From positions 224,001 to 288,000 of the forward strand of contig CAVQUB010000008.1 in NCBI GenBank assembly GCA_963716725.1: a stretch of DNA of 64,000 nucleotides, read 5' to 3'. The notes beneath the pieces were generated by a model, which was not told the origin of the DNA, did not search any database, and saw only the letters and a program-made list of their open reading frames with translations. Both the position numbers and the translations under genes were made by a program. How positions within the stretch are numbered: the stretch's first letter is position 1; each line of letters begins with the position of its first letter. Shown here in pieces: positions 19,308 through 28,682 of the stretch. The stretch is from an uncultured delta proteobacterium. GTDB taxonomy: Bacteria; Myxococcota_A; Polyangia; Polyangiales; Polyangiaceae.

Positions 19308-20063
19308 ATGAAGCTCGATGCGTGGACCGAGAACGACGTCGCGGATACTGCCCGGCGCAAGCGCCTGACGCTGGGCTACGCGATCGGCGCCGTCACCGTT
19401 GGGGCCGCGCTCACGTTCATCACCTATTCGGCCCACGGCCAAGCCTTCACCCCCGAAGAGACGATCGACGTGAGCCTGGCCAAGGCTCCCGTGATGGAGA
19501 AGGCGCCCGAACCCGAGTCCACGCCGCCCCCCGAGCCCGCGCCCAAGCCCACTGCCAAGAAGCCGCACAAGAAGGGCAAGCTCTCGCTGGCGACGCCGAA
19601 GGACGTTCCCGACGGCGTTCCCGACGAGGCCGAGGCGGGATCGAACCCCTACGACGCCGACTACGACGGCGTCTTTGGCGGCGAGGGCGGCGGCGGCGAC
19701 GACTCCGCCAAGGCCAAAAAGCAGCACGTCCCGGCGAGGCCCAAGGCGCCGCCGACGCTCGCAGCACCGGTGTTCGTCGCGGAGCGCGACAAGACGCGGT
19801 CCCCGACGCCGCTCGCGCGCAGCTCGCCGCGCTATCCCGAGGAAGCACGAGCCGAGGGCGTCGAAGGCGTGGTGACCGTTCGCTTCGTCGTCGCGCCCAA
19901 CGGCTCCGTCGAACAGGTGCAGGTGGTGAGCGGACATCCGCTACTGAACGCCGCGGTGGTCGCCGCCGTGAAGACCTGGCGCTTTGAGCCGGCCACCTAC
20001 GACGACCGGCCGATCGCCATCTGGCAGACGGCGCGGTTTCCGTTTCGCCTGAGCAGCAGCTAG
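19308..20063 (+). CDS. tonB: Energy transducer TonB
   Basis: N-terminal TM, Pro-rich linker, PRYPEEARAEGVEGVV..WRFEPA. Confidence 0.9.
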   Translation: MKLDAWTENDVADTARRKRLTLGYAIGAVTVGAALTFITYSAHGQAFTPEETIDVSLAKAPVMEKAPEPESTPPPEPAPKPTAKKPHKKGKLSLATPKDVPDGVPDEAEAGSNPYDADYDGVFGGEGGGGDDSAKAKKQHVPARPKAPPTLAAPVFVAERDKTRSPTPLARSSPRYPEEARAEGVEGVVTVRFVVAPNGSVEQVQVVSGHPLLNAAVVAAVKTWRFEPATYDDRPIAIWQTARFPFRLSSS

Positions 20064-20096
20064 CCGGCTCGACCGAGCCCCACCGGAGAGGAAGTC

Positions 20097-20810
20097 ATGC
20101 AGTTCGATCTCGCACACATTTGGGCGAGCATGGGTGCGCTCGGCAAGACCGTTGCCGCCGTTCTTTTGATGATGGCGATCGCCAGCGCCGGCGTCACCGT
20201 CGAGCGCTTGATCGTGCTCGCCAAATCGAAGAGCGCCTCCCGTAAATTCGCGGCGGGCGCGGCGCCGCTCTTCGAGCGTTGGGATCTGCAGGGCTTGGTC
20301 GCGCTGGCCGAGACCCGCAAGGCGTCGGCTCTGGCCCGCCTGTTCGCGCCGATCCTGAACCGCTATTTGAGCTCGAAGGACGGCAACGTGGGCCGCGTGG
20401 AGCTGGCCCGGGCCGAATCCGAGCGCACCCTCGAGGCGCTGGGCGCGGAGCTTCGGCGCGGCCTCAGCGTGCTCGCGTCGGTCGGCTCGGTGGCGCCCTT
20501 CGTCGGCCTGCTGGGCACCGTCGTGGGCATCATCGGCGCGTTTCAGGGCATCGCCGCCAGTGGCGCCGGCGGGCTGGGGGCCGTGTCCGCTGGCATCTCC
20601 GAGGCGCTGATCGAGACCGCTTTCGGCCTGATGGTCGCGATCCCCGCGGTGCTTTGCTTCAACTGGCTCACCGGCAAGATCAACGCCGTCGAGCTCACCC
20701 TCACCCGTTCTGCTGGTGAGCTGCTCGACGAAATCGAGAACAACCATGGCCGCGAAGACCTCCCCGAAGCAGCGACAGCGGAAGAAGCGACCGCGAGCCG
20801 GGCAGCCTGA
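20097..20810 (+). CDS. exbB: ExbB/TolQ/MotA proton channel
   Basis: APFVGLLGTVVGII, GISEALIETAFGLMVAIPA. Confidence 0.9.
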   Translation: MQFDLAHIWASMGALGKTVAAVLLMMAIASAGVTVERLIVLAKSKSASRKFAAGAAPLFERWDLQGLVALAETRKASALARLFAPILNRYLSSKDGNVGRVELARAESERTLEALGAELRRGLSVLASVGSVAPFVGLLGTVVGIIGAFQGIAASGAGGLGAVSAGISEALIETAFGLMVAIPAVLCFNWLTGKINAVELTLTRSAGELLDEIENNHGREDLPEAATAEEATASRAA

Positions 20811-21198
20811 GCCCGACATCAACGTCACGCCGCTGGTCGACGTCGTCCTGGTGCTGCTGATCATCTTCATGGTGGTCACCCCGGCGCTCGAGCAGGGCGA
20901 GACCATCGTGCTTCCGCAGGTCGCGAAGATCGACGCGCGGCCGAAGGACGTCGCGCCCATCAAGGTGGTGCTCTCGGCCGGCGGGGCCACGCTGCTGGAC
21001 GGAAAGCGCTACGAGTTGCCCGCGCTGCAGCAGCGGCTGCGCGACATGCACGAGCGGACGCCGGACCGGAATCTGCAGCTGAACACCGACTCGAAGGTGC
21101 CCTACGTGCGAGTGCGCACCATGCTGGCGACGCTTCAGACCATCGGCTTCAAGGGCGTGTCCCTCAGAGTGGACCCCAAGCTGCGGGAGGAGGGCTGA
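20746..21198 (+). CDS. exbD: ExbD/TolR protein
   Basis: INVTPLVDVVLVLLIIFMV; ATG at 20746. Confidence 0.9.
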   Translation: MAAKTSPKQRQRKKRPRAGQPEPDINVTPLVDVVLVLLIIFMVVTPALEQGETIVLPQVAKIDARPKDVAPIKVVLSAGGATLLDGKRYELPALQQRLRDMHERTPDRNLQLNTDSKVPYVRVRTMLATLQTIGFKGVSLRVDPKLREEG

Positions 21199-21201
21199 GC
21201 C

Positions 21202-21645
21202 ATGGGCATGTCGTTGCCCTCCGGCGGAGGCCGGAACAAGAAGCCACGCCCGGTGCCGGTCATGAACGTGACGCCGCTGGTCGATGTCGCCCTGGTGGTG
21301 CTGATCATCTTCATGGTGATGGTGCCCATGCTGGAGAAGACGTTCTGGCTGAACCTGCCGCGGCAGGACAAGTCCAAGACCGACGAGCCGGATCAGGACC
21401 CCGACGACGGGCCGCTGGTGATGACCATCGACCGTAGCGGCGTGATCCGCATCAACAAGGCCATCCTTCGTCAAGAAGACATCCCCCAGCGCCTGCCGCG
21501 CATGCTCGCAGCGCAGCCGCTGCCCGTGCTGTACTTCGACGCCGCCGACAACGTGAGCTACGGGCGCGCGGTCGAGGTGATGGACACCGCGAAGCTCTCG
21601 GGCGCGAAGGCCATCGCCATGCTGACGGAGAAGGTCGCCGACTAG
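21202..21645 (+). CDS. exbD: ExbD/TolR protein (second copy)
   Basis: MNVTPLVDVALVVLIIFMV. Confidence 0.9.
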   Translation: MGMSLPSGGGRNKKPRPVPVMNVTPLVDVALVVLIIFMVMVPMLEKTFWLNLPRQDKSKTDEPDQDPDDGPLVMTIDRSGVIRINKAILRQEDIPQRLPRMLAAQPLPVLYFDAADNVSYGRAVEVMDTAKLSGAKAIAMLTEKVAD

Positions 21646-21687
21646 CGGGCGTGGGTCCCTCGCGCTTCCGATCTCGAGCGCCACCAT

Positions 21688-21727
21688 TTTTCACGCGATC
21701 GTCACCCACTGCCCGCCACTTCGTCAC
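21688..21727 (+). promoter_or_regulatory. Pho-box-like array upstream of the TonB-dependent receptor
   Basis: TTCAC (21690), GTCAC (21701), GTCAC (21723) in 11-bp phase. Confidence 0.55.
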
Positions 21728-21738
21728 TGCTGCGCCGC

Positions 21739-24675
21739 ATGGTCCGCGCCGTGATCGCTGCCAAAGTGCGAAGCAGAGTTGGTGGTCTCGCGTTCGCTGC
21801 CGCGTTGTCTCTCGCGACTACGGCGTGGGCGCAAGACGACGCCGGCGCCGGTGAAGAGGACGCTGCGCCCCACGGAGAAGGCGAAGCCGCCCCACCCGCG
21901 GGTCGCCGCCCGCCCGCGGGCCAAGCCGCGTTGTACGGCGTCGTGCGGGACACCGAGACCGGGCATCCCGTCGCCGGCGCGGCAGTCGAGGCAGTGGGAA
22001 CTGGCCTCTCGACGCGGACGAACGCAAGCGGGAGCTATCACTTGCTGCTCCCGCCCGGCGTGTACGCGGTGCGCTACTGGGTGGGTGGCTATCAGAGCCT
22101 GCGGGCCACCCAAGTACGGGTGTTCGGCGGCATGGCGCGCAAGATCGACGTCAAGCTCAGGGCCGATCAGGGTGACGCATTCGTGCTCGTGGTGCGAGCC
22201 AAGCCCGACACGGCATCGATCGACGCGCTGGCATTGGAGCGCAAGAAATCGACCAGTGTCGGTGACGCCGTCGGCCGCGCGGAAATCTCCAAGACGCCGG
22301 ATCGCGATGCCGCGCAAGCCGCTCGACGCGTGGTGGGTGCCACGATCGAAGGCAACCGCTTCGTCTACGTGCGAGGGCTCGGTGAGCGTTACACCAACGC
22401 TCAGCTCAACGGCGCGCCGCTGCCGAGCCCAGAGCCGGATCGGGCCGCAGTGCCCCTCGATCTCTTCCCGACGCAGGTGCTCGAGAGTCTGACCATCGTC
22501 AAGACCTTCACGCCGGACGCGCCGGGTGACTTTGCCGGCGGTTCGGTGCGCATCCAGACACGGCGCGCCCCCGACGACTTCCTGTTCTCGTCGTCGCTCT
22601 CGCTGGGCTACAAGACGACGACCACCTTCAAGGAGCGCTTGGCGCATCGCGGTGGTTCATTGGACTGGCTGGGCGTGGACGACGGCACGCGCGCTCTGCC
22701 GGGCGGCGTGCCGGATGACCATTCGCTCACCCTCGGCGTCGAAAAGCCGAACGGCGACTACGTGCTCGACCCCGAGCTGAAGCGGCAGGGCGAAGAGCTG
22801 AATACCTTCATGTCGGCCACGCGCAGCACTGCGCTGCCGGACCACAGCGCGGGCATCGTCGCCGGCAACGCGTGGAAGGTGGGCAAGGACAGCCGCCTTG
22901 GCTTCCTCGCGTCGGTCAACTATCGGCGGGCGTACACCATTCGGAACGAAGAGCGCCGCGTGCTCGAGCCGGACCCAGCGTCGCCCACCGGTCTGAGGAC
23001 GTTGAACGACCTGGATGTCGAGCTGGGTTCCGAGGAGGTGAGCTGGGGCACCTTCGCCAGCTTGACGGGCGAGCTGGGCAAGCACCACCGGCTGAGCTTG
23101 GTCGCGTTTCATAGCCAACTGGCCGACAACGATACGCAGACCTTCGACGGCTTCTGGTCGCGCAACGACGCGAGGCTGCACACGACGCGCCTGCGCTTCG
23201 TCAGCCGCGCACTGAACGTGCTGCAGCTGCAGGGCGAGGCCGACTTCGACGAGCTCGCTGGAGGCAAACTGGACTGGAACCTGTCGTACTCGGTCGCCGC
23301 GCGCGACGAGCCCGACACGCGCGACGTCGTCTACCAGCTGAACCCGAATCTGGGCGCTTACACCTTTGTGGACGGATCTGAGAGCGGGCGGCACTTCTTC
23401 TCGTCGCAGAGCGAGAAAGCCTACGGCGTAGGCGCGGACTGGACGCAGCCGCTGCTGTCCGGCGACCGGGCGACGTGGCTGAAGTTTGGGGGCCTAGTCA
23501 GCGTCAAAGACCGTGAGTTTGACGCGCGGCGCTTCGCGTTTCGCCGCATACCCGGCAGCCCGCCGGACTCGTTCACCTGCGCTGGCACCACTTACGTCGA
23601 AACCTGTCCGGACTCGCTGTTCGTGCCCGACAACATCGGCACCGCGCTGCGGTTGCAGGAAAACACCCGGCCCGGGGACGCCTACACCGCTGGTCTGGAC
23701 GTGTACGCCGCCTACGTGATGGCCGACGCGAGCCTGGCCCGCGACTTGCGAATGATCGTGGGCGAGCGGATCGAGGTCACGCGGCAGAACATCCAGCCCT
23801 TCGACCAGTTCGATACCGGCGCGATCGTGCGCGGCGCCGACCTGAAGAGCACGGACCAGCTGCCAGCGGCGGTCCTGGTCTTCGACGCGACGTCGAAGAC
23901 CAAGCTGCGCTTTGCCCTCTCCCGTACCCTGGCGCGCCCGCAGCTGCGTGAGCTGGCCCCCTTCGCCTACAGCGACTTCTTCGGCGGCCGGCTCACCGCG
24001 GGCAATCCGGATCTCGAGATCACGCGCATCAGCAACGCCGACCTTCGCCTGGAGCACTTTCCCAAGCTCAGCGAGGTGCTGGCATTCAGTCTGTTCTACA
24101 AGCAATTCGAGAAGCCAATCGAGCCGGTGGTCTCGCCCTCGGGCGACTCGGGTCTCGTCACGTTCCAAAACGCCGAGGGCGCCAAGCTGCTCGGCGTCGA
24201 GCTCGAGGCGCGCTTCGGTCTCGATCACTTCTCGCGCTCGGCCAAAGGGTTCTCCGCCGTATGCAATCTCACGCTGGCGCATTCGCGCATCGCCGTGCGG
24301 CAAACGGACACGGACTTCTTGACGAACACCTCCCGGCCGATGGTGAACCAGGCGCCCTACGTCTTGAACCTGGCCTTCGACTACGAAAACGAGCCGCTCG
24401 GGCTGAACGCACGACTGCTCTACAACGTCAACGGAGCGCGTCTGGTCGAGGTGGGCGCCGAAGGGCTGGATGACGCCTACGAGCATCCACGCCACCGCTT
24501 GGACTTCGTCGCGGCGAAAGACCTCGACGAGCACTTTCAGATCAAGCTGTCGGCCACCAACTTGCTCGACCCGGAGCGCGTGGTGACGATCGGGAGAGAG
24601 CTGCGCGACGATCGCGTGACGTTGCGCTACCGCGATGGCAGGAGCTTCTCCTTCGGGGCGAGCTGGAAGTACTGA
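21739..24675 (+). CDS. TonB-dependent outer-membrane receptor with N-terminal carboxypeptidase-regulatory-like domain
   Basis: Signal peptide, plug motif VYVRGLGERY, GNPDL, NLLD, aromatic C-terminus WKY. Confidence 0.92.
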   Translation: MVRAVIAAKVRSRVGGLAFAAALSLATTAWAQDDAGAGEEDAAPHGEGEAAPPAGRRPPAGQAALYGVVRDTETGHPVAGAAVEAVGTGLSTRTNASGSYHLLLPPGVYAVRYWVGGYQSLRATQVRVFGGMARKIDVKLRADQGDAFVLVVRAKPDTASIDALALERKKSTSVGDAVGRAEISKTPDRDAAQAARRVVGATIEGNRFVYVRGLGERYTNAQLNGAPLPSPEPDRAAVPLDLFPTQVLESLTIVKTFTPDAPGDFAGGSVRIQTRRAPDDFLFSSSLSLGYKTTTTFKERLAHRGGSLDWLGVDDGTRALPGGVPDDHSLTLGVEKPNGDYVLDPELKRQGEELNTFMSATRSTALPDHSAGIVAGNAWKVGKDSRLGFLASVNYRRAYTIRNEERRVLEPDPASPTGLRTLNDLDVELGSEEVSWGTFASLTGELGKHHRLSLVAFHSQLADNDTQTFDGFWSRNDARLHTTRLRFVSRALNVLQLQGEADFDELAGGKLDWNLSYSVAARDEPDTRDVVYQLNPNLGAYTFVDGSESGRHFFSSQSEKAYGVGADWTQPLLSGDRATWLKFGGLVSVKDREFDARRFAFRRIPGSPPDSFTCAGTTYVETCPDSLFVPDNIGTALRLQENTRPGDAYTAGLDVYAAYVMADASLARDLRMIVGERIEVTRQNIQPFDQFDTGAIVRGADLKSTDQLPAAVLVFDATSKTKLRFALSRTLARPQLRELAPFAYSDFFGGRLTAGNPDLEITRISNADLRLEHFPKLSEVLAFSLFYKQFEKPIEPVVSPSGDSGLVTFQNAEGAKLLGVELEARFGLDHFSRSAKGFSAVCNLTLAHSRIAVRQTDTDFLTNTSRPMVNQAPYVLNLAFDYENEPLGLNARLLYNVNGARLVEVGAEGLDDAYEHPRHRLDFVAAKDLDEHFQIKLSATNLLDPERVVTIGRELRDDRVTLRYRDGRSFSFGASWKY

Positions 24676-24681
24676 GGGCGT

Positions 24682-24721
24682 CGTTCACGCAATCGTTACC
24701 TCGCCCCCACCGTGTGGTCAC
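24682..24721 (+). promoter_or_regulatory. Pho-box-like array upstream of the lipoprotein gene
   Basis: TTCAC (24684), GTTAC (24695), CCCAC (24706), GTCAC (24717), each 11 bp apart. Confidence 0.55.
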
Positions 24722-24756
24722 GCCGCTGCGCGATATTCCTCCCCCAAGAGGCAATC

Positions 24757-26229
24757 ATGATCAAACTTCGCAATCTCTGTTTCATCTCGGCAATGACCCT
24801 TCCGATGGCGATCGCCTGCGGCGGCGACGACGACGCGGACAAGCCCGGTGGCAGCGGCGGTACGGGCGCCACGGGCGGTTCGGGCACGGGCGCCACCGGC
24901 GGCGCGGGCGGCACCGGCGGCGCGGGCGGCACCGGCAACGCGGGCGGCACCGGCAACGCGGGCGGCACCGGCGCGACGGCAGGCGCGGGTGGCAGCGGTG
25001 GTGGCACGCCGACCTGCGATCTGTCGGGCACGGGCAAGACCAAGGCGGTCATTCCCAAGCAGATCACCGGCACGCTCACGCTGACCAAGGACAAGGTGTG
25101 GACGCTGGAGGACACCAGCTACGTGAACGACGGCGCGACGTTGGTGATCGAGCCCTGCACCCGCATCGAGGGCAAGAAGGCGCCGCTGGGCACGCTGGTC
25201 GTCTCACGCGGCGGCAAGCTCATGGCCGACGGCAAGCAAGACGAGCCGATCCTGTTCACCAGCCCGCTGCCCCCAGGCGCCCGCAACCCCGGCGACTGGG
25301 GCGGCATCATCTTGCTGGGCAAGGCGCAGAACTTCAAGGGCGCCAACGTGACGATCGAAGGCTTGGCGGACGCGCCCGAGAACCAGTATGGGGGCACTGA
25401 CGACGCCGACTCGAGCGGCGTGATGCGCCACGTGCGCATCGAGTACTCGGGCTTCGAGCTCAGCGCCGACAACGAGATCAACGGTCTCACCCTCGGCAGC
25501 GTGGGTAGCGGCACCGTGATCGAACACGTCATGGTGAGCAACACGCTGGACGACGGCTTCGAGTGGTTTGGCGGCACCGTGAATGGCAAGTGGCTGGTGG
25601 TGAACAACGCCGGTGACGACATGTTCGACATGGATCAGGGCTATCGCGGCAACCTGCAATACCTGTTCGGTCGGCAGGTGAACAACCTGTCGTCGAATCC
25701 CAACGGCTTCGAGTGCGACAGCGACCTGGGCGGCAAGATGCCGGTAACCAAGCCGAACATCTCGAACGTGACCTTGTGCGGCGCCGGCACTGCCGGCGTG
25801 AACGTCGCCTTCGGAGGTGTGTTCCGTGAAAACCTGGAGGGTAATTTCATGAACATGATCATCACCAAGTTCGACGTGGGTGTGGACGCGCGTGACGGCT
25901 TCGGAACGCCGGCGAGCCCGAAGGTGAAGCTCACGAACAGCGTCTTCTTCGGCAACTTCGCCCACAACATCTCCAACCCTGGGGAAAAGGACAACGATAG
26001 CGGCTTCGACGAGGCGGCATGGATCAAGGACGCCGCCGCGAAGAACTCCGAGACCGCCCCCGCGCTGGGTGACTGCGCAGCCGCCACCCCCATGCCCTAC
26101 CCGGCGACCACGATCGCCGGCGGCGCCCCGGGCAGCGGCCTGGACGCTGCGGGCAGCTACGTCGGTGCCTTCAAGGACGGCAGCGACGCCTGGATGACCG
26201 GTCTCTGGATCGATTGGTCGCCGAACTGA
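24757..26229 (+). CDS. Receptor-associated surface lipoprotein (likely beta-helix)
   Basis: Lipobox AIAC, Gly/Thr linker, GDWGGIILLG, NEINGLTLGSVGSGT, DDGFEWFGGTVN. Confidence 0.8.
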   Translation: MIKLRNLCFISAMTLPMAIACGGDDDADKPGGSGGTGATGGSGTGATGGAGGTGGAGGTGNAGGTGNAGGTGATAGAGGSGGGTPTCDLSGTGKTKAVIPKQITGTLTLTKDKVWTLEDTSYVNDGATLVIEPCTRIEGKKAPLGTLVVSRGGKLMADGKQDEPILFTSPLPPGARNPGDWGGIILLGKAQNFKGANVTIEGLADAPENQYGGTDDADSSGVMRHVRIEYSGFELSADNEINGLTLGSVGSGTVIEHVMVSNTLDDGFEWFGGTVNGKWLVVNNAGDDMFDMDQGYRGNLQYLFGRQVNNLSSNPNGFECDSDLGGKMPVTKPNISNVTLCGAGTAGVNVAFGGVFRENLEGNFMNMIITKFDVGVDARDGFGTPASPKVKLTNSVFFGNFAHNISNPGEKDNDSGFDEAAWIKDAAAKNSETAPALGDCAAATPMPYPATTIAGGAPGSGLDAAGSYVGAFKDGSDAWMTGLWIDWSPN

Positions 26230-26295
26230 GCTCGGCGCACCGAGACAGACCATCAAGCGCCCTGCCAGCGGGGGGGAGGCCGAGCTCGCGCGCTG

Positions 26296-28506
26296 TCAGG
26301 GCACCGCGACGCCGTCGGGCAGCTTCATGGGCAGCGGCGCTTCGCGCGCCAAGAGATCGCGGGCGATGGTCACCTCGACCAACTCGATGGTCTCGCTCGA
26401 GGCGACCTCGGTGAGCTCCTTCTTGATCTCGCCTACGCCCTTGGCGCGCCGGCGCATGGCCGCGTAGAACTTCGCTTCGGTCTTTTGGACCCGGGTGCGC
26501 GCGGTCTTCGTCAGTTGCTCGTCCGTCAGCTTGCCGCGGCCCCAGCTGGCCAGCTTTGCCGGCCAGCCGCCGCTGTCGTCGATGGACGCAAAGGCCTCCT
26601 CGGTGCTGCCATCGCTGGTCGCGTTCATGCTCCTCTCCAAGAGCGAGAGCCAGAGCGCGGCGTAAATCAGATCTTCTTCGGCGAGACCCGCGTCGAGCGC
26701 TTGCCGCAGCGCCTGGCGGGCGGTCAAGAGGTCGCCCGAGGTGAGGGCGCGTCGGGACGCATCGAGCACGGTGGCCGTGAGCTGGCGCGTGTCGGCGCGG
26801 GAGGCCTCGTAGGCGCGATCGGTGGCGCGCTTGGCGCTCTGGGTGGCGCCAAAGTGCTCCAGCACCCGGGCCAAGACGCGCTCGGAACGCGCCTGATCCG
26901 AGCCCGAGCGGCTGGACTCCCGAGCTTTCAGCGCCGACTTGAGCGCGGCGTCGAGGGCCGACTTTGCCTCGGCGACGTTGCCCTGGTCGCGGTTGATCTC
27001 GAACACCAATATCTGAGCCTCGGCTTCGGCGGTGGCGTCGCCCGATTTTCGCGCGAGGGACGCGACCCTATCCAGCGACGCGAGAGCCGCCTTCGCGTCG
27101 CCGCGCTGACGATCGATGGCCGCCAGCATGTTCAGCCCCTCCAGCGTTTGCTCGACCTGCACCGCGGCGGCAATCAGCGGGCGCGCGCGGCCAAGATCCC
27201 CCGCGCGCGTCTCGAGCACGCCCATCACGTAGCGCAGGCGCGCCGGTGTGGGGCGCACCTTGCCCACGAGCTTTTGCGCATCGGCGAGCGCCAGCATGCC
27301 TTCGGCCGCCTTGAACGTGCGCCGTGCCGCCGCGTGTTCCCCGATCTCGGCTTCACCCAAGAGCGCGCGAAGCGTCAGCGACAAGGTCCAGCTCAGGTCT
27401 TGTGCGGAGGGTGAGTTGCCCAGCGCCGGCGTCAGCACGGCCGGCGCGACTTCGGCCATGCCCTGGTCCACGAGCTCGACGGCGAGGGGTCCAGCGCCTC
27501 TCAGCGAGCGGGGCTCGGCCCGGAAGAGCTCGACGGCGCAGCCGAAGGCAGCCGCCTTGGCCAGGGTGGGATCCATGGACGTTTCTGGGCGATTCGCGTC
27601 TTCGGAGCTGCTGAACAAGCGGTAGAGATCCGACCACGCCGAGGGATCGTCGTCCTCGGCCGCGTGCTCCAGGCGCTCGACCAACCCGGGCGGCGTGACT
27701 CGGACCAGGTCGCCCTTTTCCAGGGCGGCGAGCGCCGCTTTGGCGTCACCGTAGCGCAGGTAGATGGCGACCAACGTCGCGCCGCCGGCTCGAAGCGCAC
27801 GGTAGGCCTCGATGGCCTCGTCGCGCTCGAAGTTTCCCGTTTGGGCAGCCTCGCTGGTGTTGAGCTCGAGGGCTCGATGGATCCACGTGATGGTGGCGTC
27901 CCGCGCGCTGCCCATTGCCTTCGGCGTGGGCTCGAACATCGCGCGGTCGGTCGTGGTGCGTTGGTAGCTCCCAGAACTCTGCATCTGGCTCGCGGACTTG
28001 AGGGCGGCGCTCCACGACTTGAGCGCGTCGAGGTGCGCGTCCACGTCCGCGCGCTCGTTGCCGCGCGGCAGAACGGTCTGCAGCATGCCGTACAGCGCCA
28101 GGGCACGACCTTCGTTCCCGACTCGCGAGACTTCAGTGGCGCCGGCCCGCAAGGCAGGAGCGCCGCCCACGAGCATCTCGGGGCGCAGGTCGCCGGTGCG
28201 CATCAGGTAGAGCGCCCCGGTCAGGGCCGAGAGACCGGCTTCGCGCTTCTCTCCGCCGAAGCGCGCGGCCGCGCGCGCGAGCTGGCGCCGCACCACTCCG
28301 GCCAACAGACCCATGCGTTGCGGAGTACGTTCGTCCGAGAGCAGCACCTGGTAGGCGGCGCCCGCGAACTGAGCGTCACTGACCGGTGTGGCATCGACCG
28401 CGCCCTCGGGGCCCGTCGGGACCTTTGGCCCCGACTGATTGCCCACCCCACACGCTGCGGTCGACAGCGCGAGGGCGGTGCACAGTGCAAGCCGGGGCAA
28501 TCGCAT
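26296..28506 (-). CDS. Helical-repeat (TPR-like) lipoprotein
   Basis: Lipobox TAAC; Ala-rich helical repeats; long ORF. Confidence 0.65.
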   Translation of the reverse strand: MRLPRLALCTALALSTAACGVGNQSGPKVPTGPEGAVDATPVSDAQFAGAAYQVLLSDERTPQRMGLLAGVVRRQLARAAARFGGEKREAGLSALTGALYLMRTGDLRPEMLVGGAPALRAGATEVSRVGNEGRALALYGMLQTVLPRGNERADVDAHLDALKSWSAALKSASQMQSSGSYQRTTTDRAMFEPTPKAMGSARDATITWIHRALELNTSEAAQTGNFERDEAIEAYRALRAGGATLVAIYLRYGDAKAALAALEKGDLVRVTPPGLVERLEHAAEDDDPSAWSDLYRLFSSSEDANRPETSMDPTLAKAAAFGCAVELFRAEPRSLRGAGPLAVELVDQGMAEVAPAVLTPALGNSPSAQDLSWTLSLTLRALLGEAEIGEHAAARRTFKAAEGMLALADAQKLVGKVRPTPARLRYVMGVLETRAGDLGRARPLIAAAVQVEQTLEGLNMLAAIDRQRGDAKAALASLDRVASLARKSGDATAEAEAQILVFEINRDQGNVAEAKSALDAALKSALKARESSRSGSDQARSERVLARVLEHFGATQSAKRATDRAYEASRADTRQLTATVLDASRRALTSGDLLTARQALRQALDAGLAEEDLIYAALWLSLLERSMNATSDGSTEEAFASIDDSGGWPAKLASWGRGKLTDEQLTKTARTRVQKTEAKFYAAMRRRAKGVGEIKKELTEVASSETIELVEVTIARDLLAREAPLPMKLPDGVAVP

Positions 28507-28682
28507 AGCGACCGGCAGTCTACTCGTACCCCGCGTCGGTGCACGATTTCGCGACCTGACAACGCGAAAGTCGCTCTCGGGCCGGCGGAGCCCAGCGAAG
28601 CCCTGCGAAATCGGCCTCGGCTTCGGGGCCCACCGCTTGGCCCGTCATCGCGCTAGGATCCCCCCCAATATCCACGCGCCCG

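Noticed and set aside
24845..25005. GC-rich 18-nt repeats as a DNA element
   Set aside because: They encode an ordinary Gly/Thr/Ala lipoprotein linker
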